From assembly GCA_963833095.1 (NCBI GenBank), contig CAWHWQ010000002.1, positions 256,001 through 320,000 on the forward strand: a stretch of DNA of 64,000 nt, read 5' to 3'. The position numbers and the translations under genes are program-made. Below the pieces are notes generated by a model. The model searched no databases. It was given only the letters and a program-made list of their open reading frames with translations, and had not been told where the DNA came from. Positions 28,520-36,480 of this stretch are shown in pieces (the stretch's first letter is position 1; each line of letters opens with the position of its first letter). Origin of the DNA: Vulcanimicrobiota bacterium (lineage in GTDB: Bacteria; Vulcanimicrobiota; Vulcanimicrobiia; Vulcanimicrobiales; Vulcanimicrobiaceae).

Positions 28520-29230
28520 ATGATTTCTCTGCGTAATGTCTCGCTGGTCTATCAGAACGGCGTACGAGCCCTTGATAACGTCACGTTGGAGATCGGCAAG
28601 GGCGACTTCGTGTTCCTCGTTGGACACTCTGGAACGGGCAAGTCCAGCCTTCTGCGTCTCCTCTATCACGAGCAACTTCCCAGCAACGGTGAAATCACCG
28701 TCGACGGCATTCGCGTCGAGCGGCTGCGCCGCAGCCGCGTCCCCGCACTGCGCCGACATCTGGGCGTCGTCTTCCAAGATTTCAAACTGCTCAGCGACAA
28801 AACGGTCTGGGAGAACGTCGCATTTGCAATGCAAGTGACCGGCGCGCACACCAAGGACGTCATGCGCCAAGTTCCTCGCGCACTCGATCTCGTGGGACTC
28901 GCGCACAAGAGCCGTATGTATCCGGGCGAACTCTCCGGCGGCGAACAGCAACGCACGGCCATTGCGCGCGCTCTGGTGAACAATCCGAAGATCTTACTCT
29001 GCGATGAGCCGACCGGCAATCTCGATCCCTCGAACACGACCGAGATCATGGAGCTGTTGCTGCGCATCAATCTCAAGGGCACCACGGTGCTCGTCGCTAC
29101 TCACAACCAAGCCGTCGTCGATCGCATGCGCCGCCGCGTCGTGCGCCTCGAAGACGGCAGGATCGTTACCGACGAAGAACGGGGCTATTACTATCTTGGA
29201 CTCGGGCAAGGTCAAATTCTTTCTGGGTGA
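28520..29230 (+). CDS. ftsE: Cell division ATP-binding protein FtsE
   Basis: GHSGTGKS, VVFQDFKLL, LSGGEQQR, DEPTGNLD; upstream of ftsX. Confidence 0.95.
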   Translation: MISLRNVSLVYQNGVRALDNVTLEIGKGDFVFLVGHSGTGKSSLLRLLYHEQLPSNGEITVDGIRVERLRRSRVPALRRHLGVVFQDFKLLSDKTVWENVAFAMQVTGAHTKDVMRQVPRALDLVGLAHKSRMYPGELSGGEQQRTAIARALVNNPKILLCDEPTGNLDPSNTTEIMELLLRINLKGTTVLVATHNQAVVDRMRRRVVRLEDGRIVTDEERGYYYLGLGQGQILSG

Positions 29231-30080
29231 GGTGTTGCGCAATTTCACGCGCAACGCCGGCATGCAAGCGACCGCGATAGGCACGGTCGCCATGACCATC
29301 GTCCTCCTTGGCGCCTTTCTCTTCGTTCATCAGGCACTCGCCGGACTCGGCAACAATCTACTCAATCAGATTGAGATCTCCGTATACTTCAAGAGCGACG
29401 TCTCGAACGCGCAAGAAGACGCGTTGCGAACCGCGCTCACGCACGATCCGCGCATTGCCTCGACGCAATTCGTGCCGAAGAAACAGGGCCTGAGCGAACT
29501 TAGCGCCGAGACACACGGCTCGATCGACGCCTCCTCGTTGTTAACGGAAAACCCGTTGCCCGACAAGCTGCGCGTGTGGGTGCACGATCCGCAAGGCGTC
29601 GCGGCAATGGCGGCCGAGCTGCAAACGCGGCCCGGCGTCGACAAGGTTTTCTATCCGCAAGATGTCGTCGCTCGATTGCTCACGCTTGGAGCCGTGCTTC
29701 GCCGCCTTGGCATCGGCGTGATTGCATTGTTCTTGGTCGTCGCCGGCGTCATTATCTCAAACACCATTCGTTTGACCGTCTTCGCGCGGCGCCGCGAGAT
29801 CTCGATCATGCAGTTGGTAGGCGCAACGAACATGTACATCCGCGCGCCGTTCATCTGCGAGGGTCTGCTCGACGGCGTGCTGGGATCGCTCATCGCCGTG
29901 CTGATCCTCGTCGCCGCGCGTTATGCGCTCTGGCCAAAGCTGCTGCTCGCCCTTCCCTGGATTCAATTGAACGCTACGCCGATCGACGGCCCGGTGCTCG
30001 TTGCGCAGCTCGTCGCCGCCGGAGGAGCGATCGGCATCGTGGCGTCCTGGATTTCCGTCGGCCGCCATCTGCGGACATAA
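29196..30080 (+). CDS. ftsX: Cell division permease FtsX
   Basis: Probable TTG start (MDSGKVKFF); ENPLP, ISNTIRLTVFARRREISIMQLVGAT. Confidence 0.93.
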   Translation: MDSGKVKFFLGEVLRNFTRNAGMQATAIGTVAMTIVLLGAFLFVHQALAGLGNNLLNQIEISVYFKSDVSNAQEDALRTALTHDPRIASTQFVPKKQGLSELSAETHGSIDASSLLTENPLPDKLRVWVHDPQGVAAMAAELQTRPGVDKVFYPQDVVARLLTLGAVLRRLGIGVIALFLVVAGVIISNTIRLTVFARRREISIMQLVGATNMYIRAPFICEGLLDGVLGSLIAVLILVAARYALWPKLLLALPWIQLNATPIDGPVLVAQLVAAGGAIGIVASWISVGRHLRT

Positions 30081-30085
30081 CGGCC

Positions 30086-31096
30086 ATGCATCTTCGCGTC
30101 GACGTTGATTTCGATGCGCTCGCTGACTGCATTTCCGACGGCATCGCCTACGTCGGCGCCGAAGGTCTCGTCGCCGCCTGGAGCACCGGTGCCGCCGCTA
30201 TTACCTCCATTCCGCGCACGCACGCGGTCGGGAAATCGCTCGATGAACTCTTTGAGCGCATCGAGCCGCCGCTCGGCCTCGCAGTCGTCCCCGAGCCGAT
30301 CGTGCTCTTTAGCCAGGACGATCGGCGCCGCGGCCTGCACGCAACCGTTCTGAGTGTCGACGAGGGCTGGCTCATTTCGTTCGGCCGCGAAGTGCGTTTT
30401 GCCGCAATCGAGCAGTTGAAGGAAGAGATCGTTGCCGCCGTATCCCACGAGCTCAAGACACCGATCGCGACTATCAAAGCCTTCGCCACCACGATGCGCG
30501 CCAATCCTGAAGCGCTCGCCGGCGATCGCAACGAATTTCTCGCGACGATCGAAGAGCAAGCCGACCGACTGACACGCGCTGTCGACGACCTGCTGTTGGT
30601 GGGCCGCGTGAACGCGCAACACTTGCTCTCAACGCGCGCAAGTTTCTCGCTCGATCGCTTGCTTGACCATGCTGCGCAGCGCCTCGGGCCGACTGCAGCC
30701 GAACGCATCGAGCGACGCACGACAAGCATTACGCTCAGCGGCGATCCGGATTTACTCGGCAATGCATTACTGCATCTGCTCGACAATGCGCTGAAATTTT
30801 CGCCCGATACTGCGCCCGTCGTCATTGAATGCCAGGATGACGGATCCACGGTCGCGGTGCGCGTAAGCGATCGCGGCGTCGGCATCGGCGAAGAGCACCT
30901 TCCCTATATCTTCGAACGTTTCTATCGCGTCGAGCGCAATCTCACCGCCGCAACCGGCGGGAGCGGCCTCGGGCTGACCATCGCGCGCGAGATCGTGCAA
31001 GCCCACGGCGGAACGCTCGCAGTTGAAAGCGTCCCGCACGGCGGAAGCACGTTTATCATCTCGTTGCCCGCGCCAAGCCCGCGAGACCACGCGTGA
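30086..31096 (+). CDS. Cytoplasmic PAS-like histidine kinase
   Basis: PAS-like N-terminus; VSHELKTP, LLDNALKFS, DRGVGI, FERFYRV, GSGLGL; no obvious TM. Confidence 0.9.
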   Translation: MHLRVDVDFDALADCISDGIAYVGAEGLVAAWSTGAAAITSIPRTHAVGKSLDELFERIEPPLGLAVVPEPIVLFSQDDRRRGLHATVLSVDEGWLISFGREVRFAAIEQLKEEIVAAVSHELKTPIATIKAFATTMRANPEALAGDRNEFLATIEEQADRLTRAVDDLLLVGRVNAQHLLSTRASFSLDRLLDHAAQRLGPTAAERIERRTTSITLSGDPDLLGNALLHLLDNALKFSPDTAPVVIECQDDGSTVAVRVSDRGVGIGEEHLPYIFERFYRVERNLTAATGGSGLGLTIAREIVQAHGGTLAVESVPHGGSTFIISLPAPSPRDHA

Positions 31097-32049
31097 AAGA
31101 CCTTGCACAAGGCGCGGGACATCGCGTTTTGGTCGTTGATGACGATCGCAATTTGCGCAAAATTATATCGACCAACCTCGAGCTGGCAGGTTTTGCTGTC
31201 GAAGTGGCCGCTGACGGCCCCGAAGCGCTCTCGCTTATCGAACACGTGCAGCCTGACATTGTCTTGCTCGACTTGATGATGCCCCATATGGACGGATACG
31301 AAGTCGCCCAGCGCATCCGCAACCATCAGAATCCGACGATCGCCAACGTGCCGATTATTATTCTCACTGCCAAAGGCGAAACCGAGGACAAATTGCGTGG
31401 TTTCGAAGCGGGCGCAGACGACTACATCACCAAGCCCTTCGGACCTCAGGAGCTCCTAGCGCGCGTGCGCGCCAAAATCCGCCGCGTAGAAGTCGACTCG
31501 TCGCTCTCTCCGCTTACGCGTCTGCCAGGCAATCTCGCGATCGAGGCCGAGCTTCGCCGGCGCATCGAATCGGGCGAGCCGTTCGCGGTGATCTACCTCG
31601 ATCTCGACAACTTCAAAGCATTCAACGACGTATACGGCTTCACGCACGGCGACGAAGCGATCGTGCTCCTCGCGCGCGTCACGGTCGACGTTGTGCGGCG
31701 TCGCGGAACCCCGACCGATTTTGTCGGCCATATCGGCGGCGACGACTTTATCGCGGTAACGATCACCGAGCGCTCCGAGGAGATTGCCAGAGAGATCATC
31801 GCCGAGTTCGACAGCGACATTCGCAATCTTTATTCGGCCAAGGATCTACGCGCCGGATATATCGAAACGCGTGACCGGCGCGGCGCACTCAACCGTTTTC
31901 CGATAATGACGATTTCCATGGCGATCGTGAGCAACGATCGCAGTCAACTCAACAACTACGCGCAGGTCGGCGAGGCCGCCGCCGAACTCAAGCGCTATGC
32001 CAAATCCATCGCCGGCTCCGTCTACGTGAAGGACAAGCGTCGCCAATGA
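31093..32049 (+). CDS. Response regulator with GGDEF domain (REC-diguanylate cyclase)
   Basis: VLVVDD, LLDLMMP, KPF; LTRLPGN, DLDNFKAFNDVYG..GD, GHIGGDDF. Confidence 0.92.
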   Translation: MKDLAQGAGHRVLVVDDDRNLRKIISTNLELAGFAVEVAADGPEALSLIEHVQPDIVLLDLMMPHMDGYEVAQRIRNHQNPTIANVPIIILTAKGETEDKLRGFEAGADDYITKPFGPQELLARVRAKIRRVEVDSSLSPLTRLPGNLAIEAELRRRIESGEPFAVIYLDLDNFKAFNDVYGFTHGDEAIVLLARVTVDVVRRRGTPTDFVGHIGGDDFIAVTITERSEEIAREIIAEFDSDIRNLYSAKDLRAGYIETRDRRGALNRFPIMTISMAIVSNDRSQLNNYAQVGEAAAELKRYAKSIAGSVYVKDKRRQ

Positions 32050-33242
32050 GCAGCTCGCAATTGAGGGCGATCCTAAGCATTCTGTTGATCTTCGCCTTCG
32101 TTCCGGCGGCCGCGGGGGCGAAGGGCACGACGCTGCAGCAGCGCATCGACGCGCAACGCCGCAAAGCGGAGGCGCTGCAAGCGCAGCTTCATGCAAAAAA
32201 GCAGTTGCTCAACGCGGCAACCGTGAAGGTGCAGGGTCTGCAAGCGCAGCTCAATGAGACCAACACCGCGATCACGCAAGTCAGCGGGCATCTTGGCGAG
32301 CTCAACGCGCAGGAGCATTCGACCGAGCACAAGGCTGACTGGAACGCCGTTCAGCTCCGTGCCGCGCAGCAATCGCTCCAGCTCCACGATGACTTGTTAC
32401 GCCGCCGGCTCGTCGAAATTTACGAAAACGGCGATCTCAGCTACGCCTCGGTATTACTGTCGGCGCACTCGTTCACCGAATTCGTCGAGCGTTGGCAAGA
32501 CCTCCATCTGCTGATCAGCGCGAATGAAGATGCCGTGCGCGAGCGACGCGCGGCCGAGGGTCGCGTGGCCTCCGTGCAGGCCGAACTGCAGCGTACGGCG
32601 CTCGAGCTCACGGCCGAGCAACAGGATCAGCAACGCACCCGCAATCAACTCGCGGCCCTTGCCGACGAACGACACAACCTGGTCGCCGTGGCGGATAACC
32701 AGCGGCGTCATGTTGCGGGGGAAGTTGCGCAAATCGAGGACCTCTCGGCCTCGGAAGAAGCGCAGCTCGAAGGCTTGATTCGCGAGCGCGAGCGCGAACT
32801 CGAAGCGCAGCGCAAGGCGCAGGGCATTACCGGCTACCAAGCGCCATCGGGCGCGCGGGGCGCGTTCGCGTGGCCGGTTTCGGGAACGATCACCTCGCCC
32901 TTTGGCTGGCGCTCGAATCCGTTCGGTGGCGCACCCGAATTCCACCAAGGTCTCGATATCGCGGCACCGACCGGCACGACGATCACCGCCTCTGCCGGCG
33001 GAACCGTGCTGATGGCACAGTGGTACGGCGGTTACGGAAACTACATTTTGATCGATGACGGCGGCGGCTATTCGACCGGGTACGGCCACCTGTCCGCGTT
33101 CTACGTTTCTGCTGGGCAGCAAGTCAAGCAAGGGCAAGCGATCGGCGCGGTCGGGTGCACCGGTGAATGCACCGGGCCGCACGTCCACTTCGAGATCCGC
33201 GTGAACGGCAAACCGGTCGACCCCGCGACAAGATTGCACTAA
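32046..33242 (+). CDS. Coiled-coil M23 peptidase (EnvC-like murein hydrolase/activator)
   Basis: Signal peptide, long coiled coil, HQGLD, YGH, GPHVHFE with intact Zn ligands. Confidence 0.9.
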   Translation: MSSSQLRAILSILLIFAFVPAAAGAKGTTLQQRIDAQRRKAEALQAQLHAKKQLLNAATVKVQGLQAQLNETNTAITQVSGHLGELNAQEHSTEHKADWNAVQLRAAQQSLQLHDDLLRRRLVEIYENGDLSYASVLLSAHSFTEFVERWQDLHLLISANEDAVRERRAAEGRVASVQAELQRTALELTAEQQDQQRTRNQLAALADERHNLVAVADNQRRHVAGEVAQIEDLSASEEAQLEGLIRERERELEAQRKAQGITGYQAPSGARGAFAWPVSGTITSPFGWRSNPFGGAPEFHQGLDIAAPTGTTITASAGGTVLMAQWYGGYGNYILIDDGGGYSTGYGHLSAFYVSAGQQVKQGQAIGAVGCTGECTGPHVHFEIRVNGKPVDPATRLH

Positions 33243-33295
33243 GACGGCAGGCCAAAGAAACGGAATACACCCCACCCGTCGTTAAGGTAGGCGGG

Positions 33296-33301
33296 TATGA
33301 T
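33296..33301 (+). promoter_or_regulatory. Putative -10 box (TATGAT) for a leaderless ctpA transcript
   Basis: TATGAT lies 7 nt upstream of ATG 33309 with no SD in between. Confidence 0.35.
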
Positions 33302-33308
33302 CGATCCC

Positions 33309-34715
33309 ATGGCCGGTAAATTTAGGGTGCTGATGGCGGCACTTGTGGTTCTCATCGTCGCGATTGTCGCCGGGCTCTCTTTGGGTTTGCGCAACATCGA
33401 ATCCGTTTCGGTGCGCCCCGTCGTGAACGTGAGCGTCAACGATGCGGGCGTCGCGCGCGACGCGAGCGATGCGAACGTTTCACCGGCCGAGCTCTTCCAA
33501 AAGGAGCTCGCGGCTCTGGAGTCCGAGTATTACAAGCCGTTCGATCCGCAGACACCTTTTGTGGGTGAGAACGCAGCCCTCACCAAGTACCTTCAACACA
33601 ATCACGTCGCGCATCCGCGCTTGCCGGACGAGGTTGCTAGCGGCGATCCGAATTCCGACGCGCAGCGCATGGCCAGCGTGGTCGCCTATGCTGAGCACAC
33701 CTATGGCAAGCGTTTGGGCGCCGACGGATCGACGGCGCTGACCGAAGCCGCGTTGAGCGGGGTCATGAACTCGGTCGACGATCCGTACACCGTCTACCTC
33801 ACGCCAAAAGAGATTCAAAGCCTGAACGAATCGCTCAACGGCGGCGATTTCGGCGGCATCGGCGTGTACATTCTGCAGCTCAAAGACGGCGAAGTCGTCC
33901 TCCAGCCGATCGAAGGCGCTCCGGCGTCGCTTGCCGGCATGAAGCCCGGCGCAGTCGTCGATTCCGTCGACGGTCGCGCGGTGCACGGCGTGCCGATCGA
34001 TTTGGTCGAGCGCTGGATTCGGGGCGAGCAAGGCTCGCGCGTCGTGCTCACCACGCACCCGTACAAAAAATCCACCGAACAACGCTGGTCGATTACGCGC
34101 CAGATCATTCATGTGCCGACGGTTTCCAAGCACATGGAAAACGGCTACGAATACATCCGCCTCACGGACTTCGGCTCGACGTCGCCCGACGAAATCAAGT
34201 CCGCTCTGCTCTATGGGAAAGCCCACAATGCCAAGGGCTACATTCTCGATTTGCGCTACAACGGCGGCGGGCTGGTCTCGTCGGCGATCAAAATCTCGAG
34301 TTTCTTTATCCCCCAGGGGACCATCGTGTCGACAATCGACCGCGAGGGTCACCGCCAGGTCGAAGAGGCTTTGGGCGACGCCATCGGCGGGCAGCCGCTC
34401 GTCATCCTGGTCAACCGATATACCGCCAGCGCATCCGAGATTACCGCGGGCGCGTTACAGGATTACCACCTTGCCAAGCTCGTCGGCACGAAAACTTTCG
34501 GTAAGGGGGTCATTCAAAGCATCTATGATATGCCCGACGGTGGCGCATTGAAGATCACAACGCAACGGTATCTCACGCCGCTCGGGCGAGAGATTCAACA
34601 CATCGGCATCACGCCCGACGTTGTCATTCCACAAAGCGACGATGTGCTGCTCGACACCCCAGCCGACAAACAACTCGCCGCCGCCAAAGCCCAACTTGCA
34701 CAGCTCCTACAATAG
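33309..34715 (+). CDS. ctpA: S41A carboxyl-terminal processing protease (copy 1)
   Basis: DPYTVY, GIGV PDZ, LDLRYNGGG, TASASEI, TFGKG; start 33309 or 33297. Confidence 0.92.
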   Translation: MAGKFRVLMAALVVLIVAIVAGLSLGLRNIESVSVRPVVNVSVNDAGVARDASDANVSPAELFQKELAALESEYYKPFDPQTPFVGENAALTKYLQHNHVAHPRLPDEVASGDPNSDAQRMASVVAYAEHTYGKRLGADGSTALTEAALSGVMNSVDDPYTVYLTPKEIQSLNESLNGGDFGGIGVYILQLKDGEVVLQPIEGAPASLAGMKPGAVVDSVDGRAVHGVPIDLVERWIRGEQGSRVVLTTHPYKKSTEQRWSITRQIIHVPTVSKHMENGYEYIRLTDFGSTSPDEIKSALLYGKAHNAKGYILDLRYNGGGLVSSAIKISSFFIPQGTIVSTIDREGHRQVEEALGDAIGGQPLVILVNRYTASASEITAGALQDYHLAKLVGTKTFGKGVIQSIYDMPDGGALKITTQRYLTPLGREIQHIGITPDVVIPQSDDVLLDTPADKQLAAAKAQLAQLLQ

Positions 34716-34725
34716 ATCGGTCATC

Positions 34726-36093
34726 ATGAAGCGCCTCCTCTCCCTTTTCCTCGCCGTCGGCATCGGTGCCGCGCTGCTCGGAGTTCACGCGGCGAGCGCC
34801 GCTACGGCTCCGGCGCAGGCCACACTTAGTGCGGCGCAGGCCGGTGAAATCTCGACGAGCTATCACTACCTCACCGGCGAGTTTTACAAGCGCGTCGACG
34901 ATCAGCAAGTGCTCAACGGCGCGCAGGCGGGTCTGATAAACGCGCTGGGCAAGCAGCACGTCAGCGGGAAAATTCCGTCGCTTCATTCATCCAGCGACGA
35001 CGCCAACGTCCGCGCGATCGAACTCGACGTCGAAGATGCGCAGCGTGCTGCCGGCAAACGCGTTTCCAGCACCGATCTGACCTATGCAGCGATCTCCGGA
35101 ATGCTCAACTCCGTGCATGACCGTTACACCGTGTTTCTTGACCCCAAGGATTACGCCGAGCTCAATAATGGCTTGGACGGCTCGGACTTTGGCGGCACGG
35201 GCATCGTGATTCAAGAGGATGACGCCACCAAATACATTGCGGTCAGCAATGTCGTCCCCGATGGGCCGGCCGATAAAGCCGGAATCCAGCAAGACGATCT
35301 GATCACCGCGATCGACGGCCAATCGACCAAAGGTTGGACGGTCGATCGCGCGAGCGCCCATCTACGCGGCAAGGAAGGCACGAAAGTTTCGATCACGGTA
35401 CTGCGCGACGGTAAGACGCTAGCGCCCTACGCGCTCACTCGCGCGAAGATCCACCAAATGAGTGTCTTCGACAAGCTCTTACCGGGCAACATAGGCTACG
35501 TTGCACTCACGGTCTTCGGCAAAGATACGGCAAGCGAATTGAGCGCTGCGCTAAGCCGCCTGCAGAAGAAGGGCGCGCGCGCATATATTCTCGACCTGCG
35601 CAACAACGGCGGCGGCTATCTCAACGCAGCAGTTGGCGTGAGTTCGAAATTCATCTCATCGGGGCCAATCGTGTCGGTGGAATCGCGCGGTTCGAATATC
35701 ACGACGCTGGAAGCCAACGATACGGCGATCGCGCCGGTGCCGCTGGCGGTGCTGGTGAATCAGTTTACTGCGTCGGCCTCCGAGATTACCTCGGGTGCTA
35801 TCCAAGACAGCGGCGTCGGTACGCTCGTGGGTACGAAGACCTTCGGCAAAGGCGTCGTGCAGACGATCTATCCGCTTCCCGACGGGTCAGCGGTGAAGAT
35901 CACGACGGCACGTTACCTCACGCCACACAATCGCGACATCAACCACTTGGGTATCGATCCGGATATCATCGTGAGCGAGCCGCGCACGGCGCGCTTTGGC
36001 GATCCCAAGAGCGATCCGCAGCTTCGGCGCGCGATGCAGTTCGTTGACGACCGCATCGCGCACCTCAGCGTGATCAACGGAAGCGCAGAGTAA
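34726..36093 (+). CDS. ctpA: S41A carboxyl-terminal processing protease (copy 2)
   Basis: Signal peptide; LDLRNNGGG, TASASEI, TFGKGVVQ. Confidence 0.92.
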   Translation: MKRLLSLFLAVGIGAALLGVHAASAATAPAQATLSAAQAGEISTSYHYLTGEFYKRVDDQQVLNGAQAGLINALGKQHVSGKIPSLHSSSDDANVRAIELDVEDAQRAAGKRVSSTDLTYAAISGMLNSVHDRYTVFLDPKDYAELNNGLDGSDFGGTGIVIQEDDATKYIAVSNVVPDGPADKAGIQQDDLITAIDGQSTKGWTVDRASAHLRGKEGTKVSITVLRDGKTLAPYALTRAKIHQMSVFDKLLPGNIGYVALTVFGKDTASELSAALSRLQKKGARAYILDLRNNGGGYLNAAVGVSSKFISSGPIVSVESRGSNITTLEANDTAIAPVPLAVLVNQFTASASEITSGAIQDSGVGTLVGTKTFGKGVVQTIYPLPDGSAVKITTARYLTPHNRDINHLGIDPDIIVSEPRTARFGDPKSDPQLRRAMQFVDDRIAHLSVINGSAE

Positions 36094-36098
36094 GAACT

Positions 36099-36130
36099 TG
36101 TCATCCCGAGCGTAGCGAAGCGTAGTCGAG
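36099..36130 (+). repeat. TGTCATC repeat, left arm of an inverted pair
   Basis: TGTCATCCCGAGCGTAGCGAAGCGTAGTCGAG, 5 nt after the ctpA TAA. Confidence 0.9.
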
Positions 36131-36144
36131 CGAGGCGCAACTAA

Positions 36145-36177
36145 AGAAGAGCCCGGCAAAAACCGCCGGGCTCTTCT
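36145..36177 (-). terminator. Rho-independent terminator-like hairpin
   Basis: Perfect 13-bp stem AGAAGAGCCCGGC/GCCGGGCTCTTCT; T-rich tail on the minus strand. Confidence 0.75.
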
Positions 36178-36178
36178 G

Positions 36179-36331
36179 TCATCCATTATCGATGTTTTTG
36201 GAAAAGTACTCGCGTAGCGCATCAGCGTTCTCACCGAGCGCCCGCTTCGGGAAGATAAACATCCCCACGCCCTGCGAGTGCGCCACGGTACATCCTTGGC
36301 GGTACTCAACGCGGGTAAGTGTATCGATTCG
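36179..36331 (-). pseudogene. Gene remnant resembling a YcxB-like C-terminal domain
   Basis: Startless 50-codon frame RIDTLTRVEYRQGCTVAHSQGVGMFIFPKRALGENADALREYFSKNIDNG*, preceded by an in-frame TGA and ending at the terminator. Confidence 0.4.
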
Positions 36332-36450
36332 TCAGGGTGAGCGAAGCCATCGTGTCCATGGTTAAGGCATGATCCGACTGTCCCCTCAGACCTTCGCGCA
36401 TAGTCCAAAGGAACGAGCCCGGTGTTTCCGCCGAGCTCGTTGTTTGCGCT

Positions 36451-36475
36451 TCCCTCGACTACGCTCGGGATGACA
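36451..36475 (-). repeat. TGTCATC repeat, right arm of an inverted pair (minimal form)
   Basis: Minus strand TGTCATCCCGAGCGTAGTCGAGGGA, 5 nt after the rne TAG. Confidence 0.9.
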
Positions 36476-36480
36476 AGTTA

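Noticed and set aside
29576..30085. N-terminal extension of the histidine kinase ORF
   Set aside because: Arg-rich out-of-frame overlap with ftsX; ATG 30086 directly follows the ftsX stop
35887..36408. 173-aa minus-strand ORF
   Set aside because: It runs through a terminator, a repeat and antisense ctpA; no protein-like features
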